This document shows, piece by piece, positions 28,101 through 42,913 of a stretch of DNA of 64,000 nucleotides. The position numbers were made by a program, and so were the translations under genes. The notes under the pieces are model-generated. The model was not told the DNA's origin, ran no database searches, and saw only the letters and a list, made by a program, of their open reading frames with translations. Numbering within the stretch: position 1 is the stretch's first letter; every line of letters starts with the position of its first letter. Source of the stretch: Auanema rhodensis (taxonomy: Eukaryota > Animalia > Nematoda); the NCBI GenBank assembly GCA_964057225.1, contig OZ059900.1:248001-312000 (forward strand), written 5' to 3'.

Positions 28101-31100
28101 TTTCCAAAATTCTTTCTATTTTCGACCTTTTTTGATCAAAATGAATATATATCAGTGCAAACTCATAAAAATAGACTGATTTTGTGTATTGTGTGTTTGA
28201 TTCTCAAATCTTAACAAATATGATCAAAATTTACAAGTATTACAGATTTTGTACCAAAAATCGGTGAGTATATGGTGTTAAAGGCATAAAAACGACCATA
28301 CTTAGTGTAGTAATGCTATTTGAGCGAAATTCAGTATTAAAACATCACTAGCGTTTAATTGATGACTTTTGTTGTTATAGACAATAAAACTATGCTTTTG
28401 ATCATATATATGAGCGATTTAGCCAAATTGGACTCAAAACTCGGAAATTTCAAAAATTCTTTCTATTTTCGACCTTTTTTGATCAAAATGAATATATATC
28501 AGTGCAAGCTCATAAAAATAGACTGATTCTGTTTATTGTGTGTTTGATTCTCAAATCTTAACGAATATGATCAAAACTTACGAGTATTACAGATTTTGTA
28601 CCAAAAATCGGTGAGTATATGGTGTTAAAGGCATAAAAACGACCATACTTAGTGTAGTAATGCTATTTGAGCGAAAATCAGTATTTAAACATCACTAGCG
28701 TTTAATTGATGACTTTTGTTGTCATAGACAACAAAACTATGCTTCTGATCATATATATGAGCGATTTAGCCAAATTAGACTCAAAACTCGGAAATTTCAA
28801 AAATTCTTTCTATTTTCGACCTTTTTTGATCAAAATGAATATATATCAGTGCAAGCTCATAAAAATAGACTGATTTCGTGTATTGTATGTTTGATTCTCA
28901 AATCTTAACGAATATGATCAAAATTTACGAGTATTACAGATTTTGTACCAAAAATCGGTGAGTATATGGTGTTAAAGGCATAAAAACGACCATACTTAGT
29001 GTAGTTATGCTATTTGAGCGAAATTCAGTATTTAAACATCACTAGCGTTTAATTGATGACTTTTGTTGTTATAGACAATAAAACTATGCTTTTGATCATA
29101 TATATGAGCGATTTAGCCAAATTGGACTCAAAACTCGGACATTTCCAAAATTCTTTCTATTTTCGACCTTTTTTGATCAAAATGAATATATATCAGTGCA
29201 AACTCATGAAAATAGACTGATTTTGTGTATTGTGTGTTTGATTCTCAAATCTTAACAAATATGATCAAAATTTACAAGTATTACAGATTTTGTACCAAAA
29301 ATCGGTGAGTATATGGTGTTAAAGGCATAAAAACGACCATACTTAGTGTAGTAATGCTATTTGAGCGAAATTCAGTATTAAAACATCACCAGCGTTTAAT
29401 TGATGACTTTTGTTGTTATAGACAATAAAACTATGCTTTTGATCATATATATGAGCGATTTAGCCAAATTGGACTCAAAACTCGGAAATTTCAAAAATTC
29501 TTTCTATTTTCGACCTTTTTTGATCAAAATGAATATATATCAGTGCAAGCTCATAAAAATAGACTGATTTTGTGTATTGTGTGTTTGATTCTCAAATCTT
29601 AACGAATATGATCAAAATTTACGAGTATTACAGATTTTGTACCAAAAATCGGTGAGTATATGGTGTTAAAGGCATAAAAACGACCATACTTAGTGTAGTA
29701 ATGCTATTTGAGCGAAATTCAGTATTTAAACATCACTAGCGTTTAATTGATGACTTTTGTTGTTATAGACAATAAAACTATGCTTTTGATCATATATATG
29801 AGCGATTTAGCCAAATTGGACTCAAAACTCGGACATTTCCAAAATTCTTTCTATTTTCGACCTTTTTTGATCAAAATGAATATATATCAGTGCAAGCTCA
29901 TAAAAATAGACTGATTCCGTGTATTGTATGTTTGATTCTCAAATCTTAACGAATATGATCAAAATTTACGAGTATTACAGATTTTGTACCAAAAATCGGT
30001 GAGTATATGGTGTTATAGGCATAAAAACGACCATACTTAGTGTAGTAATGCTATTTGAGCGAAATTCAGTATTTAAACATCACTAGCGTTTAATTGATGA
30101 CTTTTGTTATCATAGACAATAAAACTTTGCTTCTGATCATATATATGAGCGATTTAGCCAAATTAGACTCAAAACTCGGAAATTTCAAAAATTCTTTCTA
30201 TTTTCGACCTTTTTTGATCAAAATGAATATATATCAGTGCAAGCTCATAAAAATAGACTGATTTCGTGTATTGTGTGTTTGATTCTCAAATCTTAACGAA
30301 TATGATCAAAATTTACGAGTATTACAGATTTTGTACCAAAAATCGGTGAGTATATGGTGTTAAAGGCATAAAAACGACCATACTTAGTGTAGTAATGCTA
30401 TTTGAGCGAAATTCAGTATTAAAACATCACTAGCGTTTAATTGATGACTTTTGTTGTTATAGACAATGAAACTATGCTTTTGATCATATATATGAGCGAT
30501 TCAGCCAAATTGGACTCAAAACTCGGAAATTTCAAAAATTCTTTCTATTTTCGACCTTTTTTGATCAAAATGAATATATATCAGTGCAAGCTCATAAAAA
30601 TAGACTGATTTTGTGTATTGTGTGTTTGATTCTCAAATCTTAACGAATATGATCAAAATTTACGAGTATTACAGATTTTGTACCAAAAATCGGTGAGTAT
30701 ATGGTGTTAAAGGCATAAAAACGACCATACTTAGTGTAGTTATGCTATTTGAGCGAAATTCAGTATTTAAACATCACTAGCGTTTAATTGATGACTTTTG
30801 TTGTTATAGACAATAAAACTATGCTTTTGATCATATATATGAGCGATTTAGCCAAATTGGACTCAAAACTCGGAAATTTCAAAAATTCTTTCTATTTTCG
30901 ACCTTTTTTGATCAAAATGAATATATATCAGTGCAAGCTCATAAAAATAGACTGATTTTGTGTATTGAGTGTTTGATTCTCAAATCTTAACAAATATGAT
31001 CAAAATTTACGAGTATTACAGATTTTGTACCAAAAATCGGTGAGTATATGGTGTTAAAGGCATAAAAACGACCATACTTAGTGTAGTAATGCTATTTGAG

Positions 31101-34100
31101 CGAAAATCAGTATTTAAACATCACTAGCGTTTAATTGATGACTTTTGTTGTCATAGACAATAAAACTATGCTTCTGATCATATATATGAACGATTTAGCC
31201 AAATTAGACTCAAAACTCGGAAATTTCAAAAATTCTTTCTATTTTCGACCTTTTTTGATCAAAATGAATATATATCAGTGCAAGCTCATAAAAATAGACT
31301 GATTTCGTGTATTGTATGTTTGATTCTCAAATCTTAACGAATATGATCAAAATTTACGAGTATTACAGATTTTGCACCAAAAATCGGTGAGTATATGGTG
31401 TTAAAGGCATAAAAACGACCATACTTAGTGTAGTTATGCTATTTGAGCGAAATTCAGTATTTAAACATCACTAGCGTTTAATTGATGACTTTTGTTGTTA
31501 TAGACAATAAAACTATGCTTTTGATCATATATATGAGCGATTTAGCCAAATTGGACTCAAAACTCGGAAATTTCAAAAATTCTTTCTATTTTCGACCTTT
31601 TTTGATCAAAATGAATATATATCAGTGCAAGCTCATAAAAATAGACTGATTTTGTGTATTGAGTGTTTGATTCTCAAATCTTAACGAATATGATCAAAAT
31701 TTACGAGTATTACAGATTTTGTACCAAAAATCGGTGAGTATATGGTGTTAAAGGCATAAAAACGACCATACTTAGTGTAGTAATGCTATTTGAGCGAAAA
31801 ACAGTATTTAAACATCACTAGCGTTTAATTGATGACTTTTGTTGTCATAGACAATAAAACTATGCTTCTGATCATATATATGAGCGATTTAGCCAAATTA
31901 GACTCAAAACTCGGAAATTTCAAAAATTCTTTCTATTTTCGACCTTTTTTGATCAAAATGAATATATATCAGTGCAAGCTCATAAAAATAGACTGATTTC
32001 GTGTATTGTATGTTTGATTCTCAAATCTTAACGAATATGATCAAAATTTACGAGTATTACAGATTTTGTACCAAAAATCGGTGAGTATATGGTGTTAAAG
32101 GCATAAAAACGACCATACTTAGTGTAGTTATGCTATTTGAGCGAAATTCAGTATTTAAACATCACTAGCGTTTAATTGATGACTTTTGTTGTTATAGACA
32201 ATAAAACTATGCTTTTGATCATATATATGAGCGATTTAGCCAAATTGGACTCAAAACTCGGACATTTCCAAAATTCTTTCTATTTTCGACCTTTTTTGAT
32301 CAAAATGAATATATATCAGTGCAAACTCATAAAAATAGACTGATTTTGTGTATTGTGTGTTTGATTCTCAAATCTTAACAAATATGATCAAAATTTACAA
32401 GTATTACAGATTTTGTACCAAAAATCGGTGAGTATATGGTGTTAAAGGCATAAAAACGACCATACTTAGTGTAGTAATGCTATTTGAGCGAAATTCAGTA
32501 TTAAAACATCACTAGCGTTTAATTGATGACTTTTGTTGTCATAGACAATAAAACTATGCTTCTGATCATATATATGAGCGATTTAGCCAAATTAGACTCA
32601 AAACTCGGAAATTTCAAAAATTCTTTCTATTTTCGACCTTTTTTGATCAAAATGAATATATATCAGTGCAAGCTTATAAAAATTTACTGATTTCGTGTAT
32701 TGTATGTTTGATTCTCAAATCTTAACGAATATGATCAAAATTTACGAGTATTACAGATTTTGTACCAAAAATCGGTGAGTATATGGTGTTAAAGGCATAA
32801 AAACGACCATACTTAGTGTAGTAATGCTATTTGAGCGAAATTCAGTATTTAAACATCACTAGCGTTTAATTGATGACTTTTGTTGTTATAGACAATAAAA
32901 CTATGCTTTTGATCATATATATGAGCGATTTAGCCAAATTGGACTCAAAACTCGGAAATTTCAAAAATTCTTTCTATTTTCGACCTTTTTTGATCAAAAT
33001 GAATATATATCAGTGCAAGCTCATAAAAATAGACTGATTTTGTGTATTGTGTGTTTGATTCTCGAATCTTAACGAATATGATCAAAATTTACGAGTATTA
33101 CAGATTTTGTACCAAAAATCGGTGAGTATATGGTGTTAAAGGCATAAAAACGACCATACTTAGTGTAGTAATGCTATTTGAGCGAAAATCAGTATTTAAA
33201 CATCACTAGCGTTTAATTGATGACTTTTGTTGTCATAGACAATAAAACTATGCTTCTGATCATAAATATGAGCGATTTAGCCAAATTAGACTCAAAACTC
33301 GGAAATTTCAAAAATTCTTTCTATTTTCGACCTTTTTTGATCAAAATGAATATATATCAGTGCAAGCTCATAAAAATAGACTGATTTCGTGTATTGTGTG
33401 TTTGATTCTCAAATCTTAACAAATATGATCAAAATTTACAAGTATTACAGATTTTGTACCAAAAATCGGTGAGTATATGGTGTTAAAGGCATAAAAACGA
33501 CCATACTTAGTGTAGTAATGCTATTTGAGCGAAATTCAGTATTAAAACATCACTAGCGTTTAATTGATGACTTTTGTTGTTATAGACAATGAAACTATGC
33601 TTTTGATCATATATATGAGCGATTTAGCCCAATTGGACTCAAAACTCGGAAAATTCAAAAATTCTTTCTATTTTCGACCTTTTTTGATCAAAATGAATAT
33701 ATATCAGTGCAAACTCATAAAAATAGACTGATTTTGTGTATTGTGTGTTTGATTCTCAAATCTTAACGAATATGATCAAAATTTACGAGTATTACAGATT
33801 TTGTACCAAAAATCGGTGAGTATATGGTGTTAAAGGCATAAAAACGACCATACTTAGTGTAGTAATGCTATTTGAGCGAAATTTAGTGATTTAAACATCA
33901 TTAGTGTTTAATTAATGACTTTTGTTGTCATAGACAATAAAACTATGCTTTTGATCATATATATGAGCGATTTAGCCCAATTGGACTCAAAACTCGGAAA
34001 ATTCAAAAATTCTTTCTATTTTCGACCTTTTTTGATCAAAATGAATATATATCAGTGCAAACTCATAAAAATAGACTGATTTTGTTTATTGTGTGTTTGA

Positions 34101-34219
34101 TTTTCAAAACTTAACGAATATGATCAAAATTTACGAGTATTACAGATTTTGTACCAAAAATCGGTGAGTATATGGTGTTAAAGGTATAAAAACGACCATA
34201 CTTAGTGTAGTAATGCTAT

Positions 34220-37200
34220 TTGAGCGAAATTTAGTGATTTAAACATCATTAGTGTTTAATTAATGACTTTTGTTGTCATAGACAATAAAACTATGCTTTT
34301 GATCATATATATGAGCGATTTAGCCCAATTGGACTCAAAACTCGGAAAATTCAAAAATTCTTTCTATTTTCGACCTTTTTTGATCAAAATGAATATATAT
34401 CAGTGCAAACTCATAAAAATAGACTGATTTTGTTTATTGTGTGTTTGATTTTCAAAACTTAACGAATATGATCAAAATTTACGAGTATTACAGATTTTGT
34501 ACCAAAAATCGGTGAGTATATGGTGTTAAAGGTATAAAAACGACCATACTTAGTGTAGTAATGCTATTTGAGCGAAATTCAGTATTAAAACATCACTAGC
34601 GTTTAATTGATGACTTTTGTTGTTATAGACAATAAAACTATGCTTTTGATCATATATATGAGCGATTCAGCCAAATTGGACTCAAAACTCGGAAATTTCA
34701 AAAATTCTTTCTATTTTCGACCTTTTTTGATCAAAATGAATATATATCAGTGCAAGCTCATAAAAATAGACTGATTTTGTGTATTGTGTGTTTGATTCTC
34801 AAATCTTAACGAATATGATCAAAATTTACGAGTATTACAGATTTTGTACCAAAAATCGGTGAGTATCTGGTGTTAAAGGCATAAAAACGACCATACTTAG
34901 TGTAGTAATGCTATTTGAGCGAAAATCAGTATTTAAACATCACTAGCGTTTAATTGATGACTTTTGTTGTCATAGACAATAAAACTATGCTTCTGATCAT
35001 ATATATGAGCGATTTAGCCAAATTAGACTCAAAACTCGGAAATTTCAAAAATTCTTTCTATTTTCGACCTTTTTTGATCAAAATGAATATATATCAGTGC
35101 AAGCTCATAAAAATAGACTGATTTCGTGTATTGTATGTTTGATTCTCAAATCTTAACAAATATGATCAAAATTTACGAGTATTACAGATTTTGTACCAAA
35201 AATCGGTGAGTATATGGTGTTAAAGGCATAAAAACGACCATACTTAGTGTAGTAATGCTATTTGAGCGAAATTCAGTATTTAAACATCACTAGCGTTTAA
35301 TTGATGACTTTTGTTGTTATAGACAATAAAACTATGCTTCTGATCATATATATGAGCGATTTAGCCAAATTAGACTCAAAACTCGGAAATTTCAAAAATT
35401 CTTTCTATTTTCGACCTTTTTTGATCAAAATGAATATATATCAGTGCAAGCTCATAAAAATAGACTGATTTCGTGTATTGTATGTTTGATTCTCAAATCT
35501 TAACGAATATGATCAAAATTTACGAGTATTACAGATTTTGTACCAAAAATCGGTGAGTATATGGTGTTAAAGGCATAAAAACGACCATACTTAGTGTAGT
35601 AATGCTATTTGAGCGAAATTCAGTATTAAAACATCACTAGCGTTTAATTGATGACTTTTGTTGTTATAGACAATGAAACTATGCTTTTGATCATATATAT
35701 GAGCGATTTAGCCCAATTGGACTCAAAACTCGGAAAATTCAAAAATTCTTTCTATTTTCGACCTTTTTTGATCAAAATGAATATATATCAGTGCAAACTC
35801 ATAAAAATAGACTGATTTTGTGTATTGTGTGTTTGATTCTCAAATCTTAACGAATATGATCAAAATTTACGAGTATTACAGATTTTGTACCAAAAATCGG
35901 TGAGTATATGGTGTTAAAGGCATAAAAACGACCATACTTAGTGTAGTAATGCTATTTGAGCGAAATTTAGTGATTTAAACATCATTAGTGTTTAATTAAT
36001 GACTTTTGTTGTCATAGACAATAAAACTATGCTTTTGATCATATATATGAGCGATTTAGCCCAATTGGACTCAAAACTCGGAAAATTCAAAAATTCTTTC
36101 TATTTTCGACCTTTTTTGATCAAAATGAATATATATCAGTGCAAACTCATAAAAATAGACTGATTTTGTTTATTGTGTGTTTGATTTTCAAAACTTAACG
36201 AATATGATCAAAATTTACGAGTATTACAGATTTTGTACCAAAAATCGGTGAGTATATGGTGTTAAAGGTATAAAAACGACCATACTTAGTGTAGTAATGC
36301 TATTTGAGCGAAATTCAGTATTAAAACATCACTAGCGTTTAATTGATGACTTTTGTTGTTATAGACAATAAAACTATGCTTTTGATCATATATATGAGCG
36401 ATTCAGCCAAATTGGACTCAAAACTCGGAAATTTCAAAAATTCTTTCTATTTTCGACCTTTTTTGATTAAAATGAATATATATCAGTGCAAGCTCATAAA
36501 AATAGACTGATTTTGTGTATTGTGTGTTTGATTCTCAAATCTTAACGAATATGATCAAAATTTACGAGTATTACAGATTTTGTACCAAAAATCGGTGAGT
36601 ATCTGGTGTTAAAGGCATAAAAACGACCATACTTAGTGTAGTAATGCTATTTGAGCGAAAATCAGTATTTAAACATCACTAGCGTTTAATTGATGACTTT
36701 TGTTGTCATAGACAATAAAACTATGCTTCTGATCATATATATGAGCGATTTAGCCAAATTAGACTCAAAACTCGGAAATTTCAAAAATTCTTTCTATTTT
36801 CGAACTTTTTTGATCAAAATGAATATATATCAGTGCAAGCTCATAAAAATAGACTGATTTCGTGTATTGTATGTTTGATTCTCAAATCTTAACAAATATG
36901 ATCAAAATTTACGAGTATTACAGATTTTGTACCAAAAATCGGTGAGTATATGGTGTTAAAGGCATAAAAACGACCATACTTAGTGTAGTAATGCTATTTG
37001 AGCGAAATTCAGTATTTAAACATCACTAGCGTTTAATTGATGACTTTTGTTGTTATAGACAATAAAACTATGCTTTTGATCATATATATGAGCGATTTAG
37101 CCAAATTAGACTCAAAACTCGGAAATTTCAAAAATTCTTTCTATTTTCGACCTTTTTTGATCAAAATGAATATATATCAGTGCAAGCTCATAAAAATAGA

Positions 37201-37300
37201 CTGATTTCGTGTATTGTATGTTTGATTCTCAAATCTTAACGAATATGATCAAAATTTACGAGTATTACAGATTTTGTACCAAAAATCGGTGAGTATATGG
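34220..37300 (+). repeat. 5-mer duplication (1736-bp offset)
   Basis: The 348-bp variant occurs at 34229/35965, GGTATA at 34533/36269 and TATCTGG at 34867/36603. Boundaries are approximate. Confidence 0.8.
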
Positions 37301-40300
37301 TGTTAAAGGCATAAAAACGACCATACTTAGTGTAGTAATGCTATTTGATCGAAATTCAGTATTTAAACATCACTAGCGTTTAATTGATGACTTTTGTTGT
37401 TATAGACAATAAAACTATGCTTTTGATCATATATATGAGCGATTTAGCCAAATTGGACTCAAAACTCGGAAATTTCAAAAATTCTTTCTATTTTCGACCT
37501 TTTTTGATCAAAATGAATATATATCAGTGCAAGCTCATAAAAATAGACTGATTTTGTGTATTGTGTGTTTGATTCTCAAATCTTAACGAATATGATCAAA
37601 ATTTACGAGTATTACAGATTTTGTACCAAAAATCGGTGAGTATATGGTGTTAAAGGCATAAAAACGACCATACTTAGTGTAGTAATGCTATTTGAGCGAA
37701 AATCAGTATTTAAACATCACTAGCGTTTAATTGATGATTTTTGTTGTCATAGACAATGAAACTATGCTTCTGATCATATATATGAGCGATTTAGCCAAAT
37801 TAGACTCAAAACTCGGAAATTTCAAAAATTCTTTCTATTTTCGACCTTTTTTGATGAAAATGAATATATATCAGTGCAAGCTCATAAAAGTAGACTGATT
37901 TCGTGTATTGTATGTTTGATTCTCAAATCTTAACGAATATGATCAAAATTTACGAGTATTACAGATTTTGTACCAAAAATCGGTGAGTATATGGTGTTAA
38001 AGGCATAAAAACGACCATACTTAGTGTAGTTATGCTATTTGAGCGAAATTCAGTATTTAAACATCACTAGCGTTTAATTGATGACTTTTGTTGTTATAGA
38101 CAATAAAACTATGCTTTTGATCATATATATGAGCGATTTAGCCAAATTAGACTCAAAACTCGGAAATTTCAAAAATTCTTTCTATTTTCGACCTTTTTTG
38201 ATCAAAATGAATATATATCAGTGCAAACTCATAAAAATAGACTGATTTTGTGTATTGTGTGTTTGATTCTCAAATCTAACAAATATGATCAAAATTTACA
38301 AGTATTACAGATTTTGTACCAAAAATCGGTGAGTATATGGTGTTAAAGGCATAAAAACGACCATACTTAGTGTAGTAATGCTATTTGAGCGAAATTCAGT
38401 ATTAAAACATCACTAGCGTTTAATTGATGACTTTTGTTGTTATAGACAATAAAACTATGCTTTTGATCATATATATGAGCGATTTAGCCAAATTGGACTC
38501 AAAACTCGGAAATTTCAAAAATTCTTTCTATTTTCGACCTTTTTTGATCAAAATGAATATATATCAGTGCAAACTCATAAAAATAGACTGATTTTGTGTA
38601 TTGTGTGTTTGATTCTCAAATCTTAACAAATATGATCAAAATTTACAAGTATTACAGATTTTGTACCAAAAATCGGTGAGTATATGGTGTTAAAGGCATA
38701 AAAACGACCATACTTAGTGTAGTAATGCTATTTGAGCGAAATTCAGTATTAAAACATCACTAGCGTTTAATTGATGACTTTTGTTGTTATAGACAATGAA
38801 ACTATGCTTTTGATCATATATATGAGCGATTTAGCCCAATTGGACTCAAAACTCGGAAAATTCAAAAATTCTTTCTATTTTCGACCTTTTTTGATCAAAA
38901 TGAATATATATCAGTGCAAACTCATAAAAATAGACTGATTTTGTTTATTGTGTGTTTGATTTTCAAAACTTAACGAATATGATCAAAATTTACGAGTATT
39001 ACAGATTTTGTACCAAAAATCGGTGAGTATATGGTGTTAAAGGCATAAAAACGACCATACTTAGTGTAGTAATGCTATTTGAGCGAAAATCAGTATTTAA
39101 ACATCACTAGCGTTTAATTGATGATTTTTGTTGTCATAGACAATAGAACTATGCTTCTGATCATATATATGAGCGATTTAGCCAAATTAGACTCAAAACT
39201 CGGAAATTTCAAAAATTCTTTCTATTTTCGACCTTTTTTGATCAAAATGAATATATATCAGTGCAAACTCATAAAAATAGACTGATTTTGTGTATTGTGT
39301 GTTTGATTCTCAAATCTTAACAAATATGATCAAAATTTACAAGTATTACAGATTTTGTACCAAAAATCGGTGAGTATATGGTGTTAAAGGCATAAAAACG
39401 ACCATACTTAGTGTAGTAATGCTATTTGAGCGAAATTCAGTATTAAAACATCACTAGCGTTTAATTGATGACTTTTGTTGTTATAGACAATGAAACTATG
39501 CTTTTGATCATATATATGAGCGATTTAGCCCAATTGGACTCAAAACTCGGAAAATTCAAAAATTCTTTCTATTTTCGACCTTTTTTGATCAAAATGAATA
39601 TATATCAGTGCAAACTCATAAAAATAGACTGATTTTGTTTATTGTGTGTTTGATTTTCAAAACTTAACGAATATGATCAAAATTTACGAGTATTACAGAT
39701 TTTGTACCAAAAATCGGTGAGTATATGGTGTTAAAGGCATAAAAACGACCATACTTAGTGTAGTAATGCTATTTGAGCGAAATTCAGTATTAAAACATCA
39801 CTAGCGTTTGATTGATGACTTTTGTTGTTATAGACAATAAAACTATGCTTTTGATCATATATATGAGCGATTCAGCCAAATTGGACTCAAAACTCGGAAA
39901 TTTCAAAAATTCTTTCTATTTTCGACCTTTTTTGATCAAAATGAATATATATCAGTGCAAACTCATAAAAATAGACTGATTTTGTTTATTGTGTGTTTGA
40001 TTTTCAAAACTTAACGAATATGATCAAAATTTACAAGTATTACAGATTTTGTACCAAAAATCGGTGAGTATATGGTGTTAAAGGCATAAAAACGACCATA
40101 CTTAGTGTAGTAATGCTATTTGAGCGAAAATCAGTATTTAAACATCACTAGCGTTTAATTGATGACTTTTGTTGTCATAGACAATAAAACTATGCTTCTG
40201 ATCATATATATGAGCGATTTAGCCAAATTAGACTCAAAACTCGGAAATTTCAAAAATTCTTTCTATTTTCGACCTTTTTTGATCAAAATGAATATATATC

Positions 40301-42913
40301 AGTGCAAGCTCATAAAAATAGACTGATTTCGTGTATTGTATGTTTGATTCTCAAATCTTAACAAATATGATCAAAATTTACGAGTATTACAGATTTTGTA
40401 CCAAAAATCGGTGAGTATATGGTGTTAAAGGCATAAAAACGACCATACTTAGTGTAGTAATGCTATTTGAGCGAAATTCAGTATTTAAACATCACTAGCG
40501 TTTAATTGATGACTTTTGTTGTTATAGACAATAAAACTATGCTTTTGATCATATATATGAGCGATTTAGCCAAATTAGACTCAAAACTCGGAAATTTCAA
40601 AAATTCTTTCTATTTTCGACCTTTTTTGATCAAAATGAATATATATCAGTGCAAGCTCATAAAAATAGACTGATTTCGTGTATTGTATGTTTGATTCTCA
40701 AATCTTAACGAATATGATCAAAATTTACGAGTATTACAGATTTTGTACCAAAAATCGGTGAGTATATGGTGTTAAAGGCATAAAAACGACCATACTTAGT
40801 GTAGTAATGCTATTTGATCGAAATTCAGTATTTAAACATCACTAGCGTTTAATTGATGACTTTTGTTGTTATAGACAATAAAACTATGCTTTTGATCATA
40901 TATATGAGCGATTTAGCCAAATTGGACTCAAAACTCGGAAATTTCAAAAATTCTTTCTATTTTCGACCTTTTTTGATCAAAATGAATATATATCAGTGCA
41001 AGCTCATAAAAATAGACTGATTTTGTGTATTGTGTGTTTGATTCTCAAATCTTAACGAATATGATCAAAATTTACGAGTATTACAGATTTTGTACCAAAA
41101 ATCGGTGAGTATATGGTGTTAAAGGCATAAAAACGACCATACTTAGTGTAGTAATGCTATTTGAGCGAAAATCAGTATTTAAACATCACTAGCGTTTAAT
41201 TGATGATTTTTGTTGTCATAGACAATGAAACTATGCTTCTGATCATATATATGAGCGATTTAGCCAAATTAGACTCAAAACTCGGAAATTTCAAAAATTC
41301 TTTCTATTTTCGACCTTTTTTGATGAAAATGAATATATATCAGTGCAAGCTCATAAAAGTAGACTGATTTCGTGTATTGTATGTTTGATTCTCAAATCTT
41401 AACGAATATGATCAAAATTTACGAGTATTACAGATTTTGTACCAAAAATCGGTGAGTATATGGTGTTAAAGGCATAAAAACGACCATACTTAGTGTAGTT
41501 ATGCTATTTGAGCGAAATTCAGTATTTAAACATCACTAGCGTTTAATTGATGACTTTTGTTGTTATAGACAATAAAACTATGCTTTTGATCATATATATG
41601 AGCGATTTAGCCAAATTAGACTCAAAACTCGGAAATTTCAAAAATTCTTTCTATTTTCGACCTTTTTTGATCAAAATGAATATATATCAGTGCAAACTCA
41701 TAAAAATAGACTGATTTTGTGTATTGTGTGTTTGATTCTCAAATCTAACAAATATGATCAAAATTTACAAGTATTACAGATTTTGTACCAAAAATCGGTG
41801 AGTATATGGTGTTAAAGGCATAAAAACGACCATACTTAGTGTAGTAATGCTATTTGAGCGAAATTCAGTATTAAAACATCACTAGCGTTTAATTGATGAC
41901 TTTTGTTGTTATAGACAATAAAACTATGCTTTTGATCATATATATGAGCGATTTAGCCAAATTGGACTCAAAACTCGGAAATTTCAAAAATTCTTTCTAT
42001 TTTCGACCTTTTTTGATCAAAATGAATATATATCAGTGCAAACTCATAAAAATAGACTGATTTTGTGTATTGTGTGTTTGATTCTCAAATCTTAACAAAT
42101 ATGATCAAAATTTACAAGTATTACAGATTTTGTACCAAAAATCGGTGAGTATATGGTGTTAAAGGCATAAAAACGACCATACTTAGTGTAGTAATGCTAT
42201 TTGAGCGAAATTCAGTATTAAAACATCACTAGCGTTTAATTGATGACTTTTGTTGTTATAGACAATGAAACTATGCTTTTGATCATATATATGAGCGATT
42301 TAGCCCAATTGGACTCAAAACTCGGAAAATTCAAAAATTCTTTCTATTTTCGACCTTTTTTGATCAAAATGAATATATATCAGTGCAAACTCATAAAAAT
42401 AGACTGATTTTGTTTATTGTGTGTTTGATTTTCAAAACTTAACGAATATGATCAAAATTTACGAGTATTACAGATTTTGTACCAAAAATCGGTGAGTATA
42501 TGGTGTTAAAGGCATAAAAACGACCATACTTAGTGTAGTAATGCTATTTGAGCGAAAATCAGTATTTAAACATCACTAGCGTTTAATTGATGATTTTTGT
42601 TGTCATAGACAATAGAACTATGCTTCTGATCATATATATGAGCGATTTAGCCAAATTAGACTCAAAACTCGGAAATTTCAAAAATTCTTTCTATTTTCGA
42701 CCTTTTTTGATCAAAATGAATATATATCAGTGCAAACTCATAAAAATAGACTGATTTTGTGTATTGTGTGTTTGATTCTCAAATCTTAACAAATATGATC
42801 AAAATTTACAAGTATTACAGATTTTGTACCAAAAATCGGTGAGTATATGGTGTTAAAGGCATAAAAACGACCATACTTAGTGTAGTAATGCTATTTGAGC
42901 GAAATTCAGTATT
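36605..42913 (+). repeat. 10-mer duplication (3469-bp offset; ~36605-39444 repeated at ~40074-42913)
   Basis: Shared private marks: 1-bp deletion AAATCTAAC (38277/41746), TTGATGAAAA (37851/41320) and TTTGATCGAAA (37349/40818). 3469 = 10 x 347 - 1. Confidence 0.9.
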
